From the NCBI GenBank assembly GCA_963706795.1, contig OY970170.1, positions 300,001 through 332,000 on the forward strand: a stretch of DNA of 32,000 bases, read 5' to 3'. A program made the translations under genes and the position numbers. Below, in pieces: positions 21,601 through 30,629 of this stretch (positions within the stretch are counted from its first letter, which is position 1; each line of letters begins with the position of its first letter). The DNA is from Candidatus Saccharimonadota bacterium. Lineage in GTDB: Bacteria; Patescibacteriota; Gracilibacteria; BD1-5; UBA2023. The notes beneath the pieces were generated by a model, which worked only from the letters and a program-made list of their open reading frames with translations, did not search any database and was not told the DNA's origin.

Positions 21601-21817
21601 CATAGCTGTCTGCATCGGTTTTTTTTAATAAATCATTCTCTGATGGAGCGCTAAAAAGCGTGGACTCGAGGAGATCCGCGAGCTCGTTAAATCCTTCGAT
21701 AATTCTATCTACAGAATTCACCACTGACTCCTCTAAGCTCTTCAAATGAGCTTGTTCCTCTGCTAGAGTTCTTTCTGGATTTTGTAAATATCCCTCTTCA
21801 TTATCAGCATTCATTTC
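18659..21817 (-). CDS. NACHT-type STAND P-loop NTPase, 1,052 aa, with an unassigned ~490-aa N-terminal domain and a ~450-aa helical C-terminal region
   Basis: Seven ORF-track fragments (21584.., 20726.., 20399.., 19859.., 19658.., 19352..) plus untracked stretches share one frame. I translated the full length by hand, found 24 in-frame TGA codons and no TAA or TAG until 18659-18661. Walker A: FIGGT-G-AGKS (20327-20350). Walker B: IIIID-G-IDEV (20150-20176), the NACHT hhhhDGhDE form. Downstream: NPLTMILFFNLL and SLDFASQSIEDFFRAHYF (F-x-H/S-x-S-x-Q/E-E/D-F-h-A-A-like). An alternative GTG start at 21838 overlaps the upstream gene by 14 nt. Confidence 0.8.
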
Positions 21818-21824
21818 GTAAGCC

Positions 21825-23435
21825 TTAAATGGTACCACCCCTCACAATCCTTGCCACTCTAAAACTCTCAGGATGTCTCAGTGCCACAAAAAAATCAGAT
21901 ACTCCACCACGACAAACTATATCCAATTCTTCCCCGAAAGCCTTCTTTGTAAGTCTTTTAATTGGGGTCAGGAGTTTGGAAGCCATGTCACTTTTATTTG
22001 CGGTATAGCTAGACTTAGAGAGTCCGGAAATATTCACCTCATTTTTCCCAGAGAAAAATGCCATAAGTAATTCAATTGTAGCCTGTTGTGTAGGAATTTC
22101 CTTGGAAGAAACACGTTCACCACGCACGTAGATTCTTCGCGAAATAAGATCCAACAAAAGATCCTCTTCGTGAAAAGTAGACTCATCATATCGGATAATT
22201 CTTCTTGTTCCATTCAGCCATTCACACGTCACATAATTCCCCTTTGCAGAGAATTCCGAAACTATACCTTCTTCAACTGACTGTTCGATTTTTGGGGCCA
22301 TTGGAAGGTCTTTTCCGCTACTTAGAAACTCAATCGACATACGCGAATAGCTTATCTTCATCTGCTCAAAGGTCTTCGTAAGTACTTCATCGGCAGAAGG
22401 TCCAGAAAAGTACACAATGTAAGATCCACCATATCTTGAGTGATACAATGGTAAGAGCTCTATGAGATTTTGCTGATGAGAATTGAGCGAGGAGTAGGTC
22501 TCAAAAAAGTCACTCTCAAACGAAGTCATGCCTAGCTGAGCATGTATGAGTGAATTATATTTCTTGATTACAGAAAAGAAGTCAGCAACAACTCATGTTT
22601 TATGTGAATCAGCGATTAATTGGTGTAATCACTCAATATACTCATTAGACAGCATAGAATTGACCTCTCGAAATTTCTCAAATCTATCTAGTTGAGTCGA
22701 AATTTCCTCTTCAGCCATAGCAGTATGACTCAGTAGGCCCGAAAATATTACTGCGTACTGTACGCCATATTTACCAAATACTTCAGAAGTTTTGTCAGCA
22801 TACGCCTTCTCTAGAGTTCAATATTGAAACACCCGAGGGCATGCAAGAGGTTTGAGCGACTGGTAAAATAAGGCTTTTGGAGGATTTTTTGTAAAAATAC
22901 TCCAAATCTCTGACGCAGTATTAATGAGTTGCATCATAGTATGATCTGACTCATCCAATATTGATGTAAGTGTATGCGCATAAGAAGAATCCGCATTTAA
23001 GAACTCTATTACCATGGCGATGCCAAGTGATACATGCCCAGAAAATGCAAAGCACATGCCTCGACTTACCTCAGAGAAAAATGACACTCGTGCACCACGA
23101 TATATCTCTTGTCAGAGCAGAAAAGTCTCTAGTGCATCGAGTGCGGGCGCAAGCGAGCTTTTAGAGAAATCTGTAGTTACAAATTCATTGGTATGGTTAC
23201 TTCTTTCAGTGACGGCACCAAATTGAATGCCTCTATCTCAAGCAGTCGAGGTAAATGTTATGCCGATATATAAACGCTTATCTATATTTGCACGAGCATG
23301 TAGGAAATTTTCATCATATCTCAATGCAACATTTCCTAAACAAAATGAGTATGGTATTGAAAAAATGAGTTCATTTGTCTGAAAAAATTCTTCGTAAATA
23401 TTACGATAATCTGTTTGTAGAGATGAAGGATTCAT
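21825..23435 (-). CDS. Fusion protein, 536 aa, of an N-terminal GHMP-kinase-like domain with degenerate motifs and a C-terminal OmpR/PhoB-type winged-helix DNA-binding domain
   Basis: ORFs 23238..23444, 22818..23087 and 21825..22529 are in one frame, with 5 TGA codons. GHMP collinearity: motif I-like SIPYSFCLGNVALRYDENFLHARANID, motif II-like SEVSRGMCFAFSGHVSLGIAM (in place of PxGSGLGSSAA), and motif III-like SRYGGSYIVYFSG. The C-terminus LDLISRRIYVRGERVSSKEIPTQQATIELLMAFFSGKNEVNISGL...KSDMASKLLTPIKRLTKKAFGEELDIVCRGGVSDFFV follows the Trans_reg_C pattern. True TAA at 21825-21827. The fold assignments come from by-eye motif matching. Confidence 0.65.
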
Positions 23436-23504
23436 TGCACACAATGATAATACAATTACTAATGTGACAATGATATTAGGAATGCGACATTCAAAGAAAA
23501 AGAA

Positions 23505-23540
23505 AATTCGCGGAAATTTTTCTTTAAATTTCCGCGAATT
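23505..23540 (-). terminator. Intrinsic terminator downstream of the EEP gene
   Basis: A perfect 15-bp inverted repeat: aattcgcggaaattt (23505-23519), loop ttcttt, aaatttccgcgaatt (23526-23540). On the minus strand it is followed by tttctttttcttt. It separates the EEP gene from the wHTH/NACHT pair. Confidence 0.7.
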
Positions 23541-23562
23541 CGATTAATTCAAGAGAAAAGCC

Positions 23563-24309
23563 CTACATCCCCACCTCCACCAAAAGTGCCGCATGATCAG
23601 ACACGTCATCCTCTAGCACTCTAAAATCTAAAATATTCAGCTCCTTAGAAGCAATCGCATAATCAGCAAAGCGCGAGCCTGGTTTTGCATACCTTGGAGT
23701 ACGAGTCGAGGTGATTTTGTATTCAGCGATGAGATCGCGGCGGCCATCTGTGAGCATTTCGAGGCTCTCAGTATCGGGATTGAGATTGAAATCACCGATG
23801 ATCAAAACTGGTGTAGTGACAGTTTCGAGGAGAGAATTGATTCGTTCACTTTGGAGTATTCGAGCAGGAATATCGTGCTTTCCACCAAGTGCGTTCCAGA
23901 TTCCGTGGAAATTTACGATAGTGAGATTGTCCGTTGTGAGAATCTGGATCTTGCGAGCATGGTCGGCATTTTCGAGTTCGAGGAAATCTATGAATTGTGC
24001 GGGACCTGCGACCTGGTACTCTTGATAGGTTGTTTGGATATTTTTGCGTACAAACATGGCTATTCCGTAGACCTCATGCATGATTGAGGCAAAATAAACA
24101 TTAAAATCAGGAAGTATTTTTTGAATATTTGAGAGCATATTGATGTCGTGCAGCTCTCCTTTGGTGAACTGTACAAGCGTCTTACCTGATGGATCATTAT
24201 AGAATTCCTGGAAGCAAAAAATATCCGTGTCCTGAGCGTGTTTCTGAATAAATTCATAAATATCAGGGCGCACTCGTGCACCCCAACAATTGAGGGAAAT
24301 AATTTTCAT
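23563..24309 (-). CDS. Endonuclease/exonuclease/phosphatase (EEP) family protein, 248 aa
   Basis: An intact ORF with no TGA. Motifs: SLNCWG, FCFQEF, IIGDFNLNP and the C-terminal SDHAALLVEV (catalytic His). Confidence 0.85.
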   Translation of the reverse strand: MKIISLNCWGARVRPDIYEFIQKHAQDTDIFCFQEFYNDPSGKTLVQFTKGELHDINMLSNIQKILPDFNVYFASIMHEVYGIAMFVRKNIQTTYQEYQVAGPAQFIDFLELENADHARKIQILTTDNLTIVNFHGIWNALGGKHDIPARILQSERINSLLETVTTPVLIIGDFNLNPDTESLEMLTDGRRDLIAEYKITSTRTPRYAKPGSRFADYAIASKELNILDFRVLEDDVSDHAALLVEVGM

Positions 24310-24386
24310 AGAAAAATGAAAGAAATAGATTTTTTGAATAGTTGGATTTTATGAAAATTTTGAGATTCATAAAAAGATTATGCAAT

Positions 24387-26120
24387 CTATTCCTTGACCC
24401 AGCCTGATTGAAGATCAACCATTGAGGCGTAGTTTCCACCGAGTGCGAGGAGTGTCTCATGATCTCCGTCTTCGATCACTTTTCCAGCTTCGATAACGAG
24501 GATTCTGTCGGCTTCTTTGACAGTTTGGAGACGGTGTGCAATGACGATGACCGTTCGGTCTTTGAAGAGTTCGTGGAGCGCGAGCGAGACAGTGTGCTCA
24601 GAGACAGAATCCAATGCAGAAGTTGGCTCATCCAAGAGGAGAATTTTTGGGTTTTGCAAAAAGATTCGAGCGATTGCAAGTCGTTGACGCTCACCACCAG
24701 AGAGACGAACTCCACGTTCACCGATTTCGGTTTTTAGGCCGTCAGAGAGATCAAGGATAAAATCCGCATGGGCATTTTTGATAGCAATTTGGAGGTCGTT
24801 TTCGGAAGGGATTCTTCAGAGTCCATAGACGAGATTATCCTCAATGGTTCCATCAAATACCTGTGGATCTTGCGAGAGATAGCCAATATTTTTGTAATAG
24901 GTTGAGAGCGATAATTCTGAGAGATCTTGACCATCCACTAAGACTTGGCCATCTGATGGCTTCAAACTACGAAGAAGCAGCTTCATGATCGTCGATTTCC
25001 CAGCACCAGAATGCCCAATGAGTGCTGTTCGTTTAACTCATTCGATCGTGATAGAAAAATCAGAGAAAATCGCTCTATTTTCGGTATATGCAAAAACAAC
25101 ATTTCGGAACTCAATATCACCGTTTTTGAATACAAAATCAGTTCAGGTATCGTAATTTTCGATAGTACCGTTTTGGAGAATTGCAAAAAGTGCCATGAAA
25201 CTGTCCCGATTCCCCATGTAATCACGGAATATTTGTACGAGATTGCTGAGCGTCTGCTGAAAAAGCAGTACTAAGCTCGAAAGTCCAGCTATGAGTGCAA
25301 GTGAAACACTTTGTAGGCCATTATTCAGCGCATACGCATAAAGCGAAATAAGCATAATAGCCGAGAAAACTCATGGAAGACTGAACGAGGCAAAAAGATG
25401 ATTATTATATGACTGATCATACTCACCGTATTTTACATATTGTTCAGTGATATATGTTTGTTCCTCGGGAAACATTCTATTTTGAAGCACTGAAAAACGA
25501 GACATGAGCAGTCGTGTGAGTCGCCTATGGATATTTGTCTCAGTTTCAATGCGCTTGGTTCTTGGGATACGTGATCTTGCCATCAAAAAGTAGGTAATTA
25601 CTACGATTATCAAGAACAATAGCACAAATCATACTGACATTTTCCACGAAAAAGCGGAGAGCGATATCGTGATAGTTACAAAGGTGATGATCAGTCTTGG
25701 GAACTCGTAAATAGTAATCAAGAACATATCAGACCATGCCATAGATCAACGAAGCAGGAGCGAAAGAAGCTTCCCTGTTCAATACGATTCAAATTTTTCT
25801 GTCGGTAAAAGAAGCAGTGAACGAATGGCATGATTTTGGATATACGCGAGATATTTGGGGCGCATTTCCGTAATTCCCCAATGACGCCATGATGCAACGA
25901 TTGCGTAGTAAACAACGATTGTTGCCACAAATTGCCAAAGGAGATGATTCAGCAACTTCGAATCTTGTGCAGCGAGTGCATTTTGAAAGTGAGATACAAA
26001 CCAAACAGAAAAAAGCAGAAAACTCGAATATGTAATACACACGATCAAACCACGGATAAATACCCATGGTTTATTTTTCAGAGGCAAGAAAAAAGTCTGG
26101 AGCGGCGTAAGTGGAGACAT
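24387..26120 (-). CDS. ABC exporter with fused transmembrane and ATP-binding domains (MsbA/type I exporter-like), 577 aa
   Basis: The fragments 25779..26120, 25371..25625, 25143..25355 and 24387..24659 share a frame. Walker A GHSGAGKST, signature LSGGERQRLAIAR, Walker B ILLLDEPTSALD and H-loop IAHRL. TM helices in the N-terminal 300 aa. Confidence 0.9.
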
Positions 26121-26195
26121 GGAGAAATATCTTAGATTTGTGGATAGCTGAGAGAATATCGAGATTGGAGATTTATGGAAGAGATTTAATACGCT

Positions 26196-26242
26196 CGAAC
26201 CTTCTCCATAAACACTCTTACCTTCTCGCTATATCAATCTCA
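26196..26242. repeat. Copy A of a ~50-bp direct repeat (partner at 29819-29869)
   Basis: cgaaccttctccataaacactcttaccttctcgctatatcaatctca versus cgaacctgctccataaacaccctcaccttctcactatctatcaattcctca. By hand alignment, about 43 identities over ~51 columns in the same orientation. Copy A is intergenic, between the hisS stop and the ABC exporter start. Confidence 0.7.
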
Positions 26243-26281
26243 GACATAGTTTAGATAATACCTTTGATGCAGGAGAAACTT

Positions 26282-27607
26282 TTAAACTCTCGATTTTTGT
26301 GAAATAAGCACTTCGAGTATATCATCGATCTCCCATACTTCTTGAATGCCGCTATTCAGATCCTTAAGGCTCAATTCGTTTTTCTCATCTATGAATAGCA
26401 TATATGCTATTCATTTCGAAGTTGCATGCTTAATCTGCTTTCCAGGCTTCTGAGCAAGATCATGGTATATTTCGCAATTTACTCACTTGGTTCTGAGAAT
26501 ACTCGCGATTTTATTACAATTTACGCGCTGTATTTCATTAAAACCCCCTATAAGCACTTGAGTGTTCGTTTTCTTTTTTGCATCAATCAATTTGAGGTGA
26601 TCGAGTATTCCGAATATTCGAGTAAGTCAGAGTGATATTCAGACACCAGGTAGCTGCTTATTTCCTATTGTATTCGTAAGATTTTCATATCTTCATCCCC
26701 CACAAATACTTAATGTAGGATATGCAGTAAGCCTCCCTTCAAAGATTGATCCTGTATAATAATCCAATCATCGTGCAAGATTGATCTTCAATTGAATAAG
26801 ATCAGAAACTTCTGGAAGAAGATTATCAATTACTGTTTCTACTTCTGACAATGCATTTTCAATAATCGCATTTGAAGCATACGCTGAGAATTTCGTACGA
26901 ATATCTTCCTTGTTAAGCTTGCTGGTAGAGTTATCGACCAGAAAAACTATGAGTTCCAAGGGGATATTCATTCACTGTAATTCCTCTATACATGCCTCTT
27001 TGCCAACTTTATCGAGTTTATCAATAGTCTTAATCATCAGTTTTTTATTTTGTTCGTCTATAGAAAAGAAATCACATAGGCCATCAAAAAAATTTCGATT
27101 ATTGAAGAATAACTCGAATTTACCTGGGACGATCTCATTAAGAGCCTTTACAGCTATCTCAAGAACCTCAGCATCAAAATGTAAAGGTAGCTTCTCATTT
27201 CAGACAATATCCACGTCCGCTTGAAGAAATTCCCTGTAACGTCAAAGTTGAGGTCTCTCACCACGCCAACATTTCTGAATTTGATATCGCTTGAACGGAA
27301 ATTCCAAGTCATTGAAATTGCTTGTCACATAGCGAGCAAATGGTATCGTTAAGTCAAAATGAAGACCCATTTTAGATTCAGATTCTTGCACCTCTACATC
27401 TCAGAAATCAAAGTGTCTTTTCACTCCATAAATCTCCTTATCATCTGATCATTTTGCTAGTAGAACTGACATATTTTCTACAACTGCTGTTTCTACTGGC
27501 ACATAGCCATAGCCTTCGTAAATCTTCCTAGAACTATCTATCCAGTTATTCATGGAAATCTGTTCACGTGGAAGTAATTCTGGGAATCAGTTTATAGCGG
27601 ATTTCAT
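26282..27607 (-). CDS. hisS: Histidine--tRNA ligase, 441 aa
   Basis: N-terminus [15 protein letters not shown]. Motif 2: [27 protein letters not shown]. Also [12 protein letters not shown] (TGA 26768-26770) and motif 3 CGG-G-RYENL. A C-terminal anticodon-binding domain is present. I translated it by hand to the TAA at 26282-26284. Confidence 0.9.
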
Positions 27608-27708
27608 AGTGTTTTCTGTGATTTATTGATGAAGAAACGTTAAAAATGATGAAAAAAGTCAGGAGTCAGTTTAAACTCTATGGTATAGATACAGTGTTAA
27701 AGTGATAA

Positions 27709-28323
27709 CTAAATTCGCGGTAAGCAGAGTGAAGTAGTATTTGTTAAAAAGGCGTGAAATTGGCAATAGAGACTCTTCGTGAGCGCGTATCATTGCTTTT
27801 CTTCTGGAAGCATTTCAGCAAAAGTTAAAGAGGTTCATTTGGGTACAAAAATCGTATCCCAGTCATACCCATTTGTTCACCGCGGGAAAGTTGCGATCTC
27901 TCATTCGAGCGACTCAGAGAAGTAGTACTCATTTACTCCGTCAAAATATCCGAGTACTGCTTGCCAGAGGCATCCACTATCTGCATTTGCATCGACGAGA
28001 TAACAAATATTTTTGTCACCCATATGCCCAAAAACATCTTTAATAAGGGCTCAAGGGAATTTTTTTGTATCTGAATTTTTGCAGAGGCCATGAATAACGA
28101 GTGAAGCATCCATAACAAAACAGGGCTTTCCAGTTTGAGAAAAGGCATATTTGAGCTTTGCTCTTATTACTTCTGCCACATCAACATTTTGTATTTCGGG
28201 TACGAAGATATCTCCTTTCTGTATAACAAATCAAGGTAGGTACATACTCGCTTCATTTACCTTATTTTGATTGCCGGTGACAAAGAGGATTTCAGTGTGT
28301 TTTTGGTTTGTTGATTGGATCAT
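27709..28323 (-). CDS. rdgB: RdgB/HAM1-family non-canonical purine NTP pyrophosphatase (ITPase), 204 aa
   Basis: Not in the ORF track in the right frame (track ORF 27933..28148 is out of frame). Motifs: ILFVTGNQNKVNEA, PEIQ, FP-G-ALIKD and FPR-G-TNGYDWDTIFVPK-G-TSLTFAEMLPEEK. Confidence 0.8.
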
Positions 28324-28341
28324 GGATATGAAAATAAAAAA

Positions 28342-29208
28342 CTAAACACTGTGCTCCAAAAACAAAAAACCAGCACTCACACCCTTCTCAAGATTTTTCG
28401 CTCGAATGCCCGTAAAGATAATATCTTTGGTAGTGTTTTGAAGCACTAAATCACCGTCAAAGGCATATATTTCGCCAGGATTGACCTGATGAAAGTCGAG
28501 AGTTTGGCCTATAAATCTAAAGTTATCCGTCTTTGGAACCATCTCAGATAGAAACGAGAAAGCTTTGCGGCCTTCCTGAATTTTTGAAAGCTCGGGGAAA
28601 GACTCAAATATCTGAGTATATTTGAGAAAACGGAGCGTGTTTTCCCAAGCTCTCTCTCATCCGTCAGGTGAACTATGATTTCCTGCCTCCATCCCGAAAC
28701 CCTTGCCACCGGAGCGAATGACCGATCCGATGACAGCATTATCACTTGCGCCTATAAGCAAATACGGAACATCACACCATGCAAACAGCTCAGATGCGAG
28801 CCCAGAATTTGTGATTCCGGCACAAAAATCTCACTCAGAAACACTGTGAATATCGAGCACGAAATCAAAGGAAGAAATGAGTGGTAAGAGCTCGTCTCGA
28901 CGGATAAATTCTCTGCCGGTTCCCTGCTTTGTTGGTCACCAGATGCGATTCATATCTGCATCGAGAAATCTTACGGGTGCAGATTTACCGCTCGCATCCA
29001 GATGTAAATACGCCTCGATGTTCATGGGAACAAGCGTGAGACTTCATTGCACTATGGGGTATTCGCGGAGAAATGTTTCGATACGGGAAAATACTTCTAA
29101 TCCCACCGGTTCATTTCCATGTGTGATCGCTAAAATTCAGACTGATGGACCTGGAATGTTGGAACTATAAGTATGAATTTTGAGATTATTGGAATAATTC
29201 TTAGGCAT
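28342..29208 (-). CDS. Succinylglutamate desuccinylase/aspartoacylase (AstE/AspA, M14-like) family protein, 288 aa
   Basis: Motifs: AITHGNEPVGLEV, DADMNRIW, VLDIHS and GMEAGNH. I translated by hand from the ATG at 29208 across 6 TGA codons. It is in frame with track ORF 28342..28542 and has a true TAG stop. Confidence 0.75.
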
Positions 29209-29235
29209 GAGGAAAGATGTGATGTGAACAAATAT

Positions 29236-29781
29236 CTATACGACAATCTCTCGGAGGCATTTTTCTAATTCCTCCATGTTAGCAATCCCCTTACATGGAA
29301 AGCGCTTGGGATCGGTTTTATAGCGATCATCGAGATACTGGTCAGCGAGTTTATCAGACCAACCACCTGTTCCCTTCATGACAAAGACGGGAATTTTTTT
29401 CTGATATGCAACGGTAATCTCATTGAGAGTTCCGCTTCCACCACCAACTGTAACAATAGCATCGCAACTTGAGACAAGCACAAATTCTCGTCCTCCGCCT
29501 CGTTCCATGCCGGTACACACCATACAGTCAGTGAGTGAGAGCATTTCACCCCAAACATCTGGTGTTTTACCGTACGTCACACCCATTACAATTCCGCCAA
29601 CTGATTTTGCTCCGCGAGCAGCACTTGTTGAGAGGCTATCGCTGTCTTTTTCGGCTCCATATACCATAACGCTTCCGAGCGAAGCAATGAGCTTGCCAAT
29701 CTCGTAGGCCATGTCAGCAATGGTGGATTCATATCCGAGATCTGCTGCGGATCCCATGACTCAGATTTGTAGTTTTTTCAT
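29236..29781 (-). CDS. LOG/TIGR00725-like Rossmann-fold nucleotide-binding protein, 181 aa
   Basis: MKKLQI-G-VMGSA at the N-terminus, and VGGGSGTLNEI matching the PGGxGTxxE-type motif of the LOG/lysine-decarboxylase-like family. Confidence 0.75.
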
Positions 29782-29796
29782 GAATAATTGATGTTT

Positions 29797-30624
29797 TTAG
29801 AATGTTTCTATATGAGATCGAACCTGCTCCATAAACACCCTCACCTTCTCACTATCTATCAATTCCTCAAAGGAACGGAGATTAATCTCATGATCTGGAA
29901 GGGTTTGAGTCTTGAAGTAGGTGCCGACTATTGCACTATCACAAACTGAGAGTACTTGAGTTGCATTTTCCAGGGTGACACCGCTTCCAGAAATAATAAA
30001 AGCATCTGGACAGACTGATCTGACAGCTTGAAGGTCCGAAGCAAGTGGCTGATCCCCCGTCCACTTCCCTGTAATGATGAGTCCATCGGATCATTGCTCT
30101 ATAGCACGAATAGCTGATTGTTCGAGAGAATCAGGATTGAGAATCTCAGAATGTTTTACGTGAATATCAGTGAATATCTGAATATGTTCAGCCTGAAGTT
30201 GCTTGCGATATGCGAGAACTTCTGCTGGGTTTTCTGTGATTTCGTAGCCGTAGTGCGTTCGAATATGATCGACAAAGACAGGGATTCTCACAAATTGAAA
30301 GTCAGCAAACCGTGCAATTGAGAGTGCACTCTTCCAGTCATTCCAGAGACAACAGATGCCGAGCGGTAGTTTTGTGGCCTTACGAAGTTCGATACAAATT
30401 GCAGTGAATTGCACGAGTACTTCTGTATCGAGAAGTCTTGTATGTGGAAGATCGTAATTATTTTCGATCATGATAGCATCAATACCGCCATCGACGAGAG
30501 ACTTGAGGTCTGCGAGTGCTTTTGCGAGAATGGTCTCGTGTGGAAGTGAGTCCTTAAAGCCAATAAGCGGAGGCAAATGGATCATTCCTATGATTGGATG
30601 TTTTGATGGGAAGATTGATGGCAT
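29797..30624 (-). CDS. BtpA/SgcQ-family TIM-barrel protein, 275 aa
   Basis: The N-terminus PIIGMIHLPPLIGF is typical of BtpA. ORF 30091..30624 continues through TGA 30091 to ...SGSGVTLENATQVL...MEQVRSHIETF with a TAA at 29797-29799. The last ~17 codons include repeat copy B. Confidence 0.75.
29819..29869. repeat. Copy B of the ~50-bp direct repeat, inside the 3' end of the BtpA-like gene
   Basis: See copy A. Here the repeat encodes ...LIDSEKVRVFMEQVRS. In the corresponding frame copy A would encode SEKVRVFMEKVRAY followed by a stop. Confidence 0.7.
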
Positions 30625-30629
30625 GGAAT

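Noticed and set aside
18476-23562. Short shared strings (tactaat, aggaatg) in the intergenic regions flanking the NACHT module as possible island-boundary repeats.
   Set aside because: Only 7-mers match and their spacing differs. They more likely reflect AT-rich promoter-like sequence, and no convincing direct or inverted repeats bound the module.
23563-24309. The EEP phosphoesterase as a third, nuclease-effector component of the wHTH/NACHT module.
   Set aside because: A perfect 15-bp terminator hairpin with a T-tail (23505-23540) separates it from the module. It is more closely spaced with the upstream ABC exporter. An association cannot be excluded, but the layout does not support it.
23563-24309. 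The absence of any TGA codon in the EEP gene (0 of 13 Gly) and the sigma-factor gene (0 of 7 Gly) as a sign of recent import from a standard-code donor.
   Set aside because: The numbers are too small. TGA makes up a minority of Gly codons in the GC-richer genes here, so zero occurrences in 20 Gly is not clearly significant.
26190-26200. GGTTCGA (minus strand), a tRNA T-loop-like string inside the 50-bp repeat. It raised the idea of a tRNA-fragment att site.
   Set aside because: No complementary T-stem, acceptor stem or other tRNA arms surround it. In copy B the same bases are ordinary coding sequence.
27933-28148. A 71-aa minus-strand ORF (MPFLKLESPVLLW...).
   Set aside because: It is out of frame with the RdgB/HAM1 gene (28323 to 27709), whose frame shows the family motifs.
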